In this document: piece by piece, positions 1 to 10,344 of the stretch
Numbering within the stretch: the first letter of the stretch is position 1
Layout: the number at the start of each line of letters is the position of its first letter
Assembly (NCBI GenBank): GCA_934660915.1
Contig: CAKUIF010000001.1
Location: 192,319-256,318, forward strand
Direction of reading: 5' to 3'
DNA: 64,000 nt
From: an uncultured Olsenella sp.
GTDB taxonomy: Bacteria > Actinomycetota > Coriobacteriia > Coriobacteriales > Atopobiaceae
Made by a program: the position numbers and the translations under genes
Notes under the pieces: generated by a model
What the model was told of the DNA's origin: nothing
Database searches by the model: none
Seen by the model: only the letters and a program-made list of their open reading frames with translations

Positions 1-2993
1 GGCTCAGGCAGCGGGGCGCCCTCGTCCTCGGAGCTGATGGTAAAGCTGAACTCGGCGGCGTTGAGGGCGCGGCCGGACAACTCCTTCTTGAACACGAAGT
101 TCTCCGCGCCAACGACGGTGACGGGCTTCGCCTCGTACTTGTTCTTGAAGTCGCAGCAGTCGCCGTCGCCGTACTTGACGTGAGCGGCAAGCTGTCCGTC
201 GCCGGAGTCGGTGACCTCGACAGTCACCTTGGACACGTGCGTGTCGTAGGTGTAGCCGGCGGGCGCGGGACCCTGCTCGGTCACGCTGAACTCATACGTG
301 CCGGCCTTGGTAAAGGTCACGTCGCCGAACGAGAAGCCCTTGGTCTCCCCGTCCTTGGCGCCCGAGACGGTGGCGGTGCCGGCGCCCTCGGCGATCTTCA
401 CCGCGTCGCCGTAGTTGCCGTCGGCAGCGAGCTTGAACGAGAAGGACGATGTCATGTCGTGACCGGTCAGGGTCTTCTGGCCCTTGATGGCGGTGTCGCC
501 CGAGAGCGTGACCTCGCCGGCCTTGTAGGTGTTCTTGAAGGTGCCGTTCTCCACCTTGGGGGTCGCGACGAGCTGGCCCTTGCCGTTGTCGGTAACTGTG
601 ATGGTGACGGTAGCCGCGTGGCCATCGTAGCTCACGCCGCCGATTGAGCCCTTGACCTCAGAGACCTCGTAGACGTAGATGCCGGCCTTATCGAAGGTGA
701 AGTTGCCGAACGAGACGGTCTGGGCGTCCTTTTTCGCCGTGGCGGTCAGGCCCTTGGAGGGTGCAGGTGCCTCGCCCTGCGGCGCGATGGCGAACACGAA
801 GGTGTCGGAGTCCTTCCAGTCGCGGCCCTCGAGCACCTTGGTCACGCTGACGCCGGTGCTGAGGGTGACGGGCTGCGCCGCATAGACGTTGGTGAAGGTC
901 GGGTTCGCGCCCTCGGTCACGGTGGCGACGAACTTACCGTCCTTCTCCTCAACGCTGACCTTGACGACGTTCTTGGTCGGGTCGTAAGTCACGCCGTCGT
1001 GGCTCTGGCCCTGCTCGGTGATGGTGAACTCATACTCGCCGGCAGCCGAGAAGGTGATATCGCCGAAGGCGGCCTTGTGGCCGTCGGTCTTCGAGTCGAT
1101 AGTGAGCTCGGTGGACTCGGGCATGGTGACGACCGAAGCGTCGCCCGCGGTCTGCTCGAGCTTGAACGTGAAGGAATCGCCGTCGGCCCAGTCACGGCCG
1201 GTGAGGTTCTTGGCCACGGTAAGGTTCGCCGCGCCGCTCAGCGTGCCCGGCCAGGTCTTGTGGGTGTTGGTCACGGTAAGAACGCCGGAGCCCGTGACGG
1301 CACCGCTGTAGGTGGGGTCATAGCCGTCGACGGCAGTCTCGACCACGGACCAGGAGATCTGACCTACGCCGGCGGGGACGACAATGTCCTTGGTCCAGCC
1401 ATCCTTGGCGGTCAGCTGGAACGGGTCGCCGTAATCCCAGCCGTCCTTCTGGAGCTGGACGGTCACAGAGTCGGGAAGCTCGGCACCGTTGGTGTTCGCC
1501 CATTCCTTCTTTACGGTCACGGTGTCGACCGGTGCCAAGAAGGTCGGGACCTCGAAGCTGTCGGACTTCTCGTCGGAAACCTGGTCGTCCTTGCCCGTCT
1601 CTTTGAGGACGGTCTTGTAGAAGACCTTGGTGCCAACCCCGTCATTGGAGGGAAGCTCAGTCGCCTCGCCCTTATTGACGGCAGCATCGTATGCCGCCTG
1701 GCTCGGCTTGACCTTGAAGGTCACCTTGTAGGTCGTGCCCTTCTCGAGCTCGCCGACGGACGAGAGGTCCCAGCTCAGGGTTCCGTCCTCGCCGATTGAA
1801 GCGGCAGGGGCGTCGGCCCAGGCCTCGCTATTCTTCTGGTAGCTCACCGACGCGGGGTCGATCGAGCCGTCAGCAGCGGTGCCCGTCACGTACTTGGAGA
1901 GCTTGTCGACGATTCTGACGTCCTTATAACCCGCGGACTTCGTGATGGTCTGGATGATGTTCGCGAAGGCAGCATTGAGCTTCTCGGAGTCCGTGCCGTC
2001 GAACGCAGAGCCGCCGGTGGTCTTCTGCGCGAAGCTGTTCATCCTTTGTTCAGCCTCGGAGCCCGTATAAACGGTAAAGAGGCCCGCGACGTTGGACGGA
2101 CGCTTGTTGGCCTCGTCGACGGCATTGTTGAAGTACTCGTCTTGGTAAGTAGTTCCGTTACCGGTGGTGTTTCCCCAGCGGTCCCTGCCATAAGTAGGCT
2201 CGCCATCAGAGAGGAAAATGACGTAGGTGGGAGTGTTGGGGTCTTCCTTTGCCTTCTCGTTCGCCTTGGTGAGGGCGTCGACCCAGTTGGTGCCTCCATC
2301 GGCTCGCAGCCCATTGACGGCGTTCTTGAAGTCGGACGCCTGACCGCCGGTGTAGTACTGGCTCGGGGTGTTTCCTCGGTCGGAGAACGTCTCGAGCGAC
2401 AGCTTGATGGTGCTGTCGTCGGATGCGATCAGCTGATCGGCAAGGCTGTTAAGGGCTTCCTTCGCGACGTCGAGGCGCGTCTTGCCCGTCTCTTTCCCAA
2501 CCTTGTGGTACATGTCGCCGGTGTACTTAACCTCTTTGCCATTTGCGTCGAGGTAGTAGTTGTAAGCGCCAAGCCCAAAAAAGCCCCAGTTTCGCTCCAG
2601 CTTGACGGGTTCACCGTCAACCATGCCGTAAGTGCCGTCCCAGTCGTACTTCTCGGTCTTCTCGAGCGAATACGTATAGACTTTGCTTTTCATCGAGCCA
2701 GAGACGTCCTGCACCACAATGACATTCGCGCTCGTCTTGGTCTCCGACAGCTCGGTGGCGCCGGTAACGGTGAGCGAGAGGTCGTAGGTGCCGTCGTCGT
2801 TAGGCGTGATGGTCTTGGTGTGGACGGGAGGATTGCTGGCGATGCCGCCTTCCCCTTCCGCGAACGCTGCGGAGGGCACGGACAGCGTCACGCACAGAGC
2901 GGCGACCAGCACGGCAAGCAGCACCGAGGCTGGTTTCCTCGGTGCCGCCAACACACCTCCGATTCGTTTTCGTTGATGCGTTTGTGGCTTCAT
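1..2993 (-). CDS. Large secreted surface adhesin, C-terminus beyond window start. N-terminal signal peptide and von Willebrand A domain (DVSGSM...SDGEPT MIDAS-like), then repeated pilin isopeptide-linkage / Cna-B-like Ig domains (recurrent G-x-Y-x-F-x-V-x-E and FSF motifs).
   Basis: Own translation of the minus strand from ATG at 2993 (RBS AAGGAG 7 nt upstream) runs open to position 1 (≥997 aa in window). N-terminus is MKPQTHQRKRIGGVLAAP... with a hydrophobic signal peptide. The VWA and repeated domains were read directly. Not in the ORF track because no stop lies inside the window. Confidence 0.72.
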   Translation of the reverse strand, partial: MKPQTHQRKRIGGVLAAPRKPASVLLAVLVAALCVTLSVPSAAFAEGEGGIASNPPVHTKTITPNDDGTYDLSLTVTGATELSETKTSANVIVVQDVSGSMKSKVYTYSLEKTEKYDWDGTYGMVDGEPVKLERNWGFFGLGAYNYYLDANGKEVKYTGDMYHKVGKETGKTRLDVAKEALNSLADQLIASDDSTIKLSLETFSDRGNTPSQYYTGGQASDFKNAVNGLRADGGTNWVDALTKANEKAKEDPNTPTYVIFLSDGEPTYGRDRWGNTTGNGTTYQDEYFNNAVDEANKRPSNVAGLFTVYTGSEAEQRMNSFAQKTTGGSAFDGTDSEKLNAAFANIIQTITKSAGYKDVRIVDKLSKYVTGTAADGSIDPASVSYQKNSEAWADAPAASIGEDGTLSWDLSSVGELEKGTTYKVTFKVKPSQAAYDAAVNKGEATELPSNDGVGTKVFYKTVLKETGKDDQVSDEKSDSFEVPTFLAPVDTVTVKKEWANTNGAELPDSVTVQLQKDGWDYGDPFQLTAKDGWTKDIVVPAGVGQISWSVVETAVDGYDPTYSGAVTGSGVLTVTNTHKTWPGTLSGAANLTVAKNLTGRDWADGDSFTFKLEQTAGDASVVTMPESTELTIDSKTDGHKAAFGDITFSAAGEYEFTITEQGQSHDGVTYDPTKNVVKVSVEEKDGKFVATVTEGANPTFTNVYAAQPVTLSTGVSVTKVLEGRDWKDSDTFVFAIAPQGEAPAPSKGLTATAKKDAQTVSFGNFTFDKAGIYVYEVSEVKGSIGGVSYDGHAATVTITVTDNGKGQLVATPKVENGTFKNTYKAGEVTLSGDTAIKGQKTLTGHDMTSSFSFKLAADGNYGDAVKIAEGAGTATVSGAKDGETKGFSFGDVTFTKAGTYEFSVTEQGPAPAGYTYDTHVSKVTVEVTDSGDGQLAAHVKYGDGDCCDFKNKYEAKPVTVVGAENFVFKKELSGRALNAAEFSFTISSEDEGAPLPE

Positions 2994-3427
2994 TTTTAGC
3001 TCCTTCTTTGCCGACGACAATGCGAACTGGGTGCTTTTGCACCTAGCTATACATGATCATCTTCGGCCAAAGTTGGCTGAAAAATGTTACCGATATATTC
3101 ACTATTTATATCGTGCGAACCAGTTAGCCTGCGGTTTTAATCTGAATTTGGATTTCTTTGTTCTCAGTTGAATGCGGAAGAGACTCACACAATGCATCCC
3201 CCTGCTGGTAAGAAGGGCAAAGTGCGCCGAATCAAGCTTTCCTACTCATACCGGGGGGCACTATTTGACATATGAGGGGGTACTATTTTTAGTTTGGGAT
3301 TTGGTATTAGTTTGAACGTACATCAACAATATCTCCACATATACAGGCTGAATTTGCGCACTTAATTGCAACTTAATAGGATGCCTCGATGCAATTGCCG
3401 TTATATACCCCCGAGGAAGAAAAAAGA

Positions 3428-3462
3428 AGGGGCGGCCCCAAAGGACCGCCCCGAATTACGTG
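3428..3462 (-). terminator. Rho-independent terminator downstream of the 3504-5093 adhesin gene
   Basis: On the minus strand: GGGGCGGTCC-TTTG-GGGCCGCCCC stem-loop followed by TTCTTTTTTCTT. Confidence 0.5.
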
Positions 3463-3503
3463 CTAGCTCATGCTATGAAGAAGATCGCGTGGCCCACGCT
3501 CCC

Positions 3504-5093
3504 CTAGCGCTCGTTGCGCTTGCAGATCACCGCGGCGCCCACGAGGGCAACGCCGGCGATGGTGGCGGCAACGGGAAGAGCCGCATTGGTGTTGTCGCCG
3601 GTCGCGGGAACGGCAGACTTGGCCTTCTTCTGAGCGGGCTTCTGGGTGTTCTCGCTGGGCTCGGCGGGCAGCTTCGCGATGGCCTCGGTCTTGGTCTGAG
3701 TCTCGAAAGCCTCGTTCTCGAAGATGGCGGTGTAGGTGCCAACACCCTCCTTCTTGGCGGTGGCAGGAGTGGTCACCTCGTAGGTGGCCTTCACGGTCTC
3801 CATCTCCACGTGGGAGGCATCGCGCTTGCAGACGCGCTTGGCGGTGCAATACCAACCGTCGTCCTGCTTAGCCCAGCTGTACTCAGGCTCACCCCAGTCG
3901 TGATTAAGTGCAGGAGACTCCTCGGACTTGGTCTGGGGCTTGAAGCACTTGTGCGTAAAGGTAGCAGTGTATGCGGTCTTGCCAGCCTCGGTGCAGGTAG
4001 CGGGCACTGTCTCGACGGAGGCCTTTACGGTCTCCTCAATCGGCCAATCGCAGTAGCCACACTTGGCGTGGCCGGTGCAATACCAGCCGTCGTCCTTCTG
4101 CTCCCAAACATAGTCGTTCTGGTCAACGAAGTTATCTTCATGCTCACCGTCGGTGTAGCTGTGGGTCTGCATCTTGCCAGCAGTCCACACGAGCTCACCG
4201 TCGATGTTGACGTCAGTACGACCGGAGTTGTTAGCAGACTTGCCGCCAAAGCCAAAGAGCTGCGAGCAAGTAGTGTTGTCGCGCTCAGCCGTGACGGTAT
4301 TATTGCCGGTAAAGTTGAGGACGTACTTATAGTTCCCCATGTTCGAATCGTTGATATTCAGTGCCTGTTTATACCAGCCCAAGAGCGCCTTCGAGTTGAA
4401 CGTGCAATTATTCACGTTAACGGTGATGTCATGCTTGCCGGCACCGGCATCGGTGTAGACGTTGATGACCTTGCCGCTGGCGTTGAAGGTGCAGCCGTCG
4501 AACGTCATGGTCGGTGAGCTGTACGTCCAGAGGGCGTAGTCACCACTCGGGGCATTGAACGTCGTGTTCTTGAACACTGCGGTCTTGTAGCCCCAGTAGA
4601 ACGTCTTGCCGTTGACGACGCAGCCATTGAGCACGGTGTTGTCGATGCGAACAAAGCCGAGATAGTCAGCCTTGGCGGAGCGCATCGTCATGTTCTCGAA
4701 TGTAACGGTACCAGCGCCGTCGAACGAATAATCGCTGTTGTACTCGGTACCGTAATAGTCCGGGTTGGGGACCTTGGCACCGATGTTCCACGCGGTCTTG
4801 TCCGTGCCAGAACCCACGAAGGTGAGGTCCTTGCCCTTGGTGTGACCCACGGAGTTCACGCCGTAGAGGGTGTAGTTACCCTCGCCGAGCTTGATGGTGT
4901 CGCCGCTCTGCGCCTCGGCAGTAGCGGTCGCCAGATCCTTGTAGGTCGCGTTGGTACGAGTGTTGGTGATACTCGCCTCGACGGCAAGTGCCGGCGTGGC
5001 GCTCACGCATACCGCGCAGGCCACGCCGAGCAGCACAGCGGCGATGCGGCTGCCCAGTGCCCTTATGGCCCCAAGGCCGTGGTTACGTTTCAT
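3504..5093 (-). CDS. Cell-wall-anchored surface protein. Signal peptide, beta-helix-like N-x-T-F-N repeat region, two Cys-rich ~75-aa tandem repeats (DDGWYCT...C...C), C-terminal VPATG sorting signal plus hydrophobic stretch plus KRNER tail.
   Basis: ORF 3504..5168. Start placed at internal Met (MKRNHGLGAIRALGSRIAAVLLGVACAV...) with GAGGGGAG RBS. The C-terminus AVPATGDNTNAALPVAATIAGVALVGAAVICKRNER looks like an LPXTG-type sortase substrate. Confidence 0.68.
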   Translation of the reverse strand: MKRNHGLGAIRALGSRIAAVLLGVACAVCVSATPALAVEASITNTRTNATYKDLATATAEAQSGDTIKLGEGNYTLYGVNSVGHTKGKDLTFVGSGTDKTAWNIGAKVPNPDYYGTEYNSDYSFDGAGTVTFENMTMRSAKADYLGFVRIDNTVLNGCVVNGKTFYWGYKTAVFKNTTFNAPSGDYALWTYSSPTMTFDGCTFNASGKVINVYTDAGAGKHDITVNVNNCTFNSKALLGWYKQALNINDSNMGNYKYVLNFTGNNTVTAERDNTTCSQLFGFGGKSANNSGRTDVNIDGELVWTAGKMQTHSYTDGEHEDNFVDQNDYVWEQKDDGWYCTGHAKCGYCDWPIEETVKASVETVPATCTEAGKTAYTATFTHKCFKPQTKSEESPALNHDWGEPEYSWAKQDDGWYCTAKRVCKRDASHVEMETVKATYEVTTPATAKKEGVGTYTAIFENEAFETQTKTEAIAKLPAEPSENTQKPAQKKAKSAVPATGDNTNAALPVAATIAGVALVGAAVICKRNER

Positions 5094-5572
5094 AAAGTAC
5101 TCCCCTCGACTTCTTTCCCGGTCTTGCGATGCCACGGTTGAGCGTCGCGTGGGCGCATCCACATCCACGTCCGTTATACCGGAGCAAACGTTGGTGCACC
5201 TTAGACCAGACCTGTTGTTCAGACTTCGCTCAGATTACCACTTTGCCTACATACGTGGGGGTACTTAATCGGTAACGAATGCAGAGGTTAGAGTAAGAGC
5301 AGGCAGTGATTCTGCAGGTTGTCACATTGCAAAAAATGTCAATACAATTTATGGGGAGGGGGTCTGACTTTATATAACTCGGTCAATTTTATTATCCGCG
5401 CTGTTGTTCAGGCTATAGTCCGCAATTAACGACTCGATTCCGCCTGCCTACATAAAGGCAGATTCGCCGGGGAGCAGACCTTAGAAGATATCTGCCCCCG
5501 GCGAATCATTTTGCTGAAGTAGATGTTTTTTGGGATCGACGCCGATCGGCGAGGCTCCCGATCCCAGACCCC

Positions 5573-6886
5573 CTACAGGAACTTGTCGAGCTCGCGATCG
5601 ACCACGGAGTTGCGCTTGACGTTGGGTTTGGCGATGAGGCGGCCGCGGTGGATGACGTGCCTCGGAGTGCGCAGCGCGCACAGGTCGTCGAGCGGGTTCG
5701 CGTCTACGACGATCATGTCGGCGTCCTTCCCCACTTCGATCGATCCGGTGACGTCGCCCACGCCGGCAAGCTGGGCATTGCGCAGCGTCGCCGTGTGGAG
5801 CGCGAAGGAGCGGGAAACGCCGACGTACTTCTCGAAGTAGCGGAGCTCGCGCCAGAAGTCGTACTGGGTAATCCAGGGGCAGCCGACGTCGTTGCCAAGC
5901 GCCACGGGAACGCCCTGCTTGAGGGCGGCCTTCGAGTTGGCGATGATTCCCTCGAAGACCATGTTGCCGTTGTACTGCTCAACCTCGCTCGCGCACGAGA
6001 CGGAGCGATCGAAGAGCGCATACGGCAGCGCCGGCGAGATCGTGGTGCAGAGGAACGAGCCGTTCTTCTTGAAGAGGCCCATGATCTCGTCGGTCGGCGC
6101 GGCGCCGTGCTCGATCGAGTCGACGCCGCCTTCGAGCGCGACGCGAACGCCCTCGGTCGACTCGACGTGCGCCGCGACGGCGAAGCCGAGCTCGTGGGCA
6201 CGGTCGCACACCGCACGCACCATGGCAGGATCCATCTTGAGCTCGCCGGGCGTGCCCTTCTCTTTGGCGTCGAGCACGCCGCCGGTGATCATGAGTTTGA
6301 TGAGGTCGGTACCCTGCGACCGCGCGACGTCGACCTGGGCCAGGGCCTCAGGGATGCTGTGGGCAGCGATGGCCACCGAGCCCGCCATGTGGCCGCCGGG
6401 AACCGAGATGCCCTGGTTTGCCGCAAGGATGCGCGGGGCGTCGAGCTTTCCGGCGGCGCCGGCGTCGCGCACGCGCGTGTCGAAGTCGCCCAGGCCGCCG
6501 ACGGTACGGATGGTGGTCACGCCGCTGTGGAGCTCGAGGCGCGCGTACTCGGCCACCAGGCGGTACGCGATCGCGCGCGTGAGGCCGTTGGCCATGACCT
6601 TCTTGACCAGCGCCTCGTTGTCGCGCTGCTTCTTTTGGGGCTTGCCGTTGCCCGCAAGGTGGACGTGCATGTTGATGAGGCCGGGGAGCAGGTAGGCGCC
6701 CTTGAGGTCAACGAACTCGCAGCCGGCAAGGTCGGTCTCGGCCATGGGTGCGACCTCCACGATGCGCCGGCCCTCGACGACGACCGCGTGGTTCTCGAGC
6801 GGCTCCATGTTCTCGGTTCCGTCGAGCACGTTGGCGTTCACGTACGCCGTCCTCTGGCTCGGCGCGGCGTTGGCGGTTTCCTTCAT
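5573..6886 (-). CDS. Amidohydrolase-family metal-dependent hydrolase
   Basis: 437-aa ORF, PGLINMHVHL metal-binding motif, GGAAGGAG RBS before MKETANAAP. Confidence 0.8.
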   Translation of the reverse strand: MKETANAAPSQRTAYVNANVLDGTENMEPLENHAVVVEGRRIVEVAPMAETDLAGCEFVDLKGAYLLPGLINMHVHLAGNGKPQKKQRDNEALVKKVMANGLTRAIAYRLVAEYARLELHSGVTTIRTVGGLGDFDTRVRDAGAAGKLDAPRILAANQGISVPGGHMAGSVAIAAHSIPEALAQVDVARSQGTDLIKLMITGGVLDAKEKGTPGELKMDPAMVRAVCDRAHELGFAVAAHVESTEGVRVALEGGVDSIEHGAAPTDEIMGLFKKNGSFLCTTISPALPYALFDRSVSCASEVEQYNGNMVFEGIIANSKAALKQGVPVALGNDVGCPWITQYDFWRELRYFEKYVGVSRSFALHTATLRNAQLAGVGDVTGSIEVGKDADMIVVDANPLDDLCALRTPRHVIHRGRLIAKPNVKRNSVVDRELDKFL

Positions 6887-7110
6887 CCTGAGCTCCTTCC
6901 CGTCGTTGAATGGGAGTCAATGATTTTTGACTTGGTCTCAACATAATAAGAGAGCCGAGCTGCCTCGCAGCGCACAAGTACTGCAGTCTGCGTCCGCGGG
7001 TTGTTAGGTACCCTTCGGCGGTATGCCGCACTACTTGCGAACGCACCGTCTTCCATGCGCACTTTAGAATGGATTCATCGGCTGGTCTTAACTCAAGGGA
7101 GGCACCTCGC

Positions 7111-7761
7111 ATGAAGAAGAGCGCATCGTCCCGGATCATCGCACTGACGTTATCGGCGGCCCTGGCCTGCGGATGCCTCCTTACAGCATGCGGCTGCAGC
7201 CGGGAGGCCGAGCAGCCGGATCTGAAGCCGGTCATCTATCTCTACCCGGAAGAAAAAGAGGACATCTCGGTCGAGTTGGACTATGCGGGCGACCTGACCT
7301 GCACATACCCCGAGTACAACGGCAAGTGGAGCGTCACCGCGCAGCCCGACGGAACGCTCACGGACGTTAGCGGCCAGACGTACAACTACCTGTACTGGGA
7401 GGGCGAGAACGACGCCGCGTACGATTTCTCCGAGGGCTTCTGTGTGGCCGGGAGCGACACCGTGGCGTTCCTCGAAAGCGCCCTCGACCAGCTGGGGCTG
7501 ACCCGCAAAGAGGCGAACGAGTTCATCGTTTACTGGCTGCCGCTTATGCAGGACAACCCCTACAACATCATCTCGTTCCAGGCCGACACCTATACGCAGG
7601 CGGCCCAGCTCCGCATCGACCCGGAGCCCGACACCCTGCTGCGCGTGTTCATGGCCTGGAAGGCCTCGGATGCCCCGGTAGACATTCCCGCCCAGGAACT
7701 CACCGCGCCGGAGCGCGCAGGCTTCACGGTAGTCGAGTGGGGCGGCAGCCGCGTCAACTAG
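7111..7761 (+). CDS. Hypothetical lipoprotein
   Basis: MKKSASSRIIALTLSAALACGCLLTACGCS signal peptide and lipobox. GGGAGG RBS. Internal start within ORF 7069..7761. Confidence 0.65.
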   Translation: MKKSASSRIIALTLSAALACGCLLTACGCSREAEQPDLKPVIYLYPEEKEDISVELDYAGDLTCTYPEYNGKWSVTAQPDGTLTDVSGQTYNYLYWEGENDAAYDFSEGFCVAGSDTVAFLESALDQLGLTRKEANEFIVYWLPLMQDNPYNIISFQADTYTQAAQLRIDPEPDTLLRVFMAWKASDAPVDIPAQELTAPERAGFTVVEWGGSRVN

Positions 7762-7782
7762 AGACGACGGCGGGATTTGACT

Positions 7783-7830
7783 TAAAAGGCCCGCGGGCGC
7801 GCCTTTTCCGGCGACACCCGCGGGCCCTTC
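7783..7830. terminator. Bidirectional hairpin terminator between the lipoprotein (+) and aconitase (-) genes
   Basis: GGCCCGCGGG...CCCGCGGGCC 10-bp stem. TTTT follows on the minus strand and TTCTTTG on the plus strand. Confidence 0.5.
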
Positions 7831-7855
7831 TTTGTACGTACTAAACCGCGAGGCG

Positions 7856-10141
7856 CTACGCGTTCTTCTGACGGTTGTAGTTGATGAGACAGCCGGCCTT
7901 GACGATGGCGCGCTCCTCAGGGGTCATGTCGGCGATGGCGAGCTTGACCTGCTCGACGGAACCGTCGGCGCGGACGACCCACGCAGCGATGTCCGAGAGG
8001 CCGCCGTCGAGCGTGGCGCGGATGCCGGGCACGAACACGTAGTCGCCGACCTCGAAGTTGGGCTCGCCCTCCATCTGGAAGGGCAGCATGCCCCAGTTCA
8101 TCACGTTGGAGCGATAGCGCTTGGTGGCGTACTCGCTGACGATGTTGGCGAGGCCGCCGATCACGCGCTGGCAGCTGGCGGCCTGCTCGCGGGCGGAGCC
8201 GTCGCCGGGCTTGACGGCGTAGACCATGCTGCCGTACTCGGTCGCCCTGGAGTCGGCCTCAACGCCCGCCGCGGCAAGCGCGCCGAACACGCCGACGAGC
8301 GCAGGGTCGGCCTCGGCGAGGTCCTCGCCGGCGACGCGGCGCTTCTCGACGGCGTCGACGGCCTTGGAGCGGCCGACGTACTCGGGGTCGCGGCGAGAGA
8401 GGGTGAACTCGGCCAGGCCGAGCGGGTTGGAGCGGTAGGAGCTCGTCTCGCCGGAGGGGATGAGCTCGTCGGTGGTGGTCACCGGGTCCATGATCTTGGA
8501 GCAGACCTTGAGCAGGATGTCCTGCGCGAGGGGCTCCATCGCGGGCCAGGGCTTGATGTTCGGGCCCTCAACCAGCGCGGCGTCGAGGTCCTCCTTGCCG
8601 AAGCCCCAGTAGACGCGCTTATCGTAGGGAGCGGAGTCGAAGTGGTACTCGCACTTCTCGTCCCAGGTCTCGTCGGGCAGGTCGGTGGCCGGGGTGAGGA
8701 CGCCGCCCGCGGCAGCGGTGGCCGCGATGGAGCGCGCGTCCATGAGCGCGACGGCCGAGAGCTGGCCGTTTCTGGGCTTGGAGCCCTCGCGGTTGGGGAA
8801 GTTGCGCGTGGTGTGGCGGATGGAGAGGCCGTTGTTCGCGGGCGTGTCGCCGGCGCCGAAGCACGGGCCGCAGAAGGCCGTGCGCACGATAGCGCCCGCC
8901 TCCATGAGATCGTAGATGTAGCCGCGGCGCGTGAGCTCGAGCGCGACCGGCTGGCTCGTGGGGTAGACCGCCAGCGAGAACTCGCCGCAGCCGATGTTGG
9001 CGCCCTTGAGCGCGCGGGCGGCCTGGACGACGGAGTCGTAGTTGCCGCCGGAACAGCCGGCGATCACGCCCTGCTGGACGTGGAGCTTGCCGTCGACGAC
9101 CTTGTCGAGCAGGCTGAAGTTGACCTTCGTGCCGCCGATGCGGGCCGCCTCGACCTCGACCTCGTGCAGGATGTCCTCGAGGTTCTCGTTGAGCTCGTCG
9201 ATAGTGAAGGCGTTCGACGGGTGGAAGGGCAGCGCGATCATGGGCTTGACCTCGGAGAGGTCGACCTCGACGCAGCCGTCGTAGTAGGCGACGTCAGCGG
9301 GCGCGAGCTTGCGGTACTCGTCGCCGCGGCCGTGCTCGGAGAGGAACGCGTGGGTGTCCTCGTCGGTGGCCCAGATGGACGAGAGGCAGGTGGTCTCGGT
9401 GGTCATGACGTCGATGCCGTTGCGGTAGTCGGTCGTCATGCTCGCGATGCCGGGGCCCACGAACTCCATGACCTTGTTCTTGACGTAGCCCTTGGCGAAG
9501 ACCGCGCGGACGATGGCGAGCGCCACGTCGTGCGGGCCGACGCCGGGGCGCGGGGCGCCCTTGAGGTAGATGGCGACGACACCGGGGTAGGCGACGTCGT
9601 AGGTGTCCTGCAGCAGCTGCTTGGCCAGCTCGCCGCCGCCCTCGCCCACGGCCATGGTGCCCAGGGCGCCGTAGCGGGTGTGGGAGTCGGAGCCGATGAT
9701 CATCTTTCCGCAGCCGGCGAAGTTCTCGCGCATGAAGGAGTGGATGACCGCGATGTGGGGCGGAACGAAGATGCCGCCGTACTTCTTTGCGGCGGAGAGG
9801 CCGAAGACGTGGTCATCCTCGTTGATGGTGCCGCCGACGGCGCACAGCGAGTTGTGGCAGTTGGTGAGCACATAGGGGATCGGGAACTTCTCCATGCCCG
9901 AAGCGCGCGCCGTCTGGATGATGCCGACGAAGGTGATGTCGTGGCTCGCCATGGCGTCGAAGCGGATCTTTAGCATATTGGGATCGCCCGAGGTATTGTG
10001 CGCCTGGAGGATGGAGTAGGCGATGGTGCCGCGGCGGGCCTCCTCGGCCGCGGTGGCGATGCCAGCCTCGGCCGCCTGGCTCGCGGGGATGACCTCGTCA
10101 CCGTTGCGCAGGAAGACGCCCTCGTCGTACAGCTTGACCAT
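7856..10141 (-). CDS. Aconitase-family Fe-S hydro-lyase (aconitate hydratase-like, 761 aa)
   Basis: IGSDSHT and CGPCFG-type aconitase Fe-S cluster motifs in the 761-aa ORF. RBS GGGGGAGAG. Confidence 0.78.
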   Translation of the reverse strand: MVKLYDEGVFLRNGDEVIPASQAAEAGIATAAEEARRGTIAYSILQAHNTSGDPNMLKIRFDAMASHDITFVGIIQTARASGMEKFPIPYVLTNCHNSLCAVGGTINEDDHVFGLSAAKKYGGIFVPPHIAVIHSFMRENFAGCGKMIIGSDSHTRYGALGTMAVGEGGGELAKQLLQDTYDVAYPGVVAIYLKGAPRPGVGPHDVALAIVRAVFAKGYVKNKVMEFVGPGIASMTTDYRNGIDVMTTETTCLSSIWATDEDTHAFLSEHGRGDEYRKLAPADVAYYDGCVEVDLSEVKPMIALPFHPSNAFTIDELNENLEDILHEVEVEAARIGGTKVNFSLLDKVVDGKLHVQQGVIAGCSGGNYDSVVQAARALKGANIGCGEFSLAVYPTSQPVALELTRRGYIYDLMEAGAIVRTAFCGPCFGAGDTPANNGLSIRHTTRNFPNREGSKPRNGQLSAVALMDARSIAATAAAGGVLTPATDLPDETWDEKCEYHFDSAPYDKRVYWGFGKEDLDAALVEGPNIKPWPAMEPLAQDILLKVCSKIMDPVTTTDELIPSGETSSYRSNPLGLAEFTLSRRDPEYVGRSKAVDAVEKRRVAGEDLAEADPALVGVFGALAAAGVEADSRATEYGSMVYAVKPGDGSAREQAASCQRVIGGLANIVSEYATKRYRSNVMNWGMLPFQMEGEPNFEVGDYVFVPGIRATLDGGLSDIAAWVVRADGSVEQVKLAIADMTPEERAIVKAGCLINYNRQKNA

Positions 10142-10344
10142 TAAAACCCCGCTCTCCCCCGGGCCTCCCCGGGACTCGTGCCTTCGCGGCGCCGGGGCCG
10201 GCGCGCGCAGATAAACGTGAATCCATTATCCACAACGAGTTTGCGCGCGGGTTTCCAAACCGTCGCGCGCGACGGATGCGATACGATTCCGACGGAAAAC
10301 CACGAGGGCGGGCCCGTGCGCCCGCCGCGCAAGGAGCGCCGAAG

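Noticed and set aside
180-2999. Plus-strand ORFs 180..647, 999..1799, 2046..2999 and others with Gly/Val/Arg/Ala/Leu-rich translations
   Set aside because: They are shadow ORFs on the antisense strand of the high-GC adhesin gene (1-2993, minus). Their compositionally biased, motif-less products are typical of GC-rich non-coding frames.
3255-3300. Plus-strand promoter-like TTGACA...TTTAGT within the direct repeat GGGGCACTATTTGACAT / GGGGGTACTATTTTTAG
   Set aside because: No plus-strand gene follows for >1 kb (the next genes are on the minus strand). The spacing to the candidate -10 is poor. It may be part of the AT-rich regulatory region of the adhesin genes instead.
5462-5505. Hairpin CGCCGGGGAGCAGA...TCTGCCCCCGGCG as terminator of the amidohydrolase gene
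   Set aside because: There is no U-tract on the minus strand after the stem, and only a weak ATCATTTTG on the plus strand where no gene ends. Kept as an unexplained hairpin, not called.
7832-9973. 713-aa plus-strand ORF overlapping the aconitase-family gene
   Set aside because: It lies antisense to a clearly recognisable 761-aa aconitase-family protein and has a low-complexity (G/A/V/D/R) translation. The same reasoning applies to 21340..22314, 22940..25321, 25272..26429, 27144..28262, 28275..29558, 31390..34320, 31587..34385, 38364..39872, 39767..41704, 41785..43341, 44203..45609, 45675..46985 and 58909..61854.
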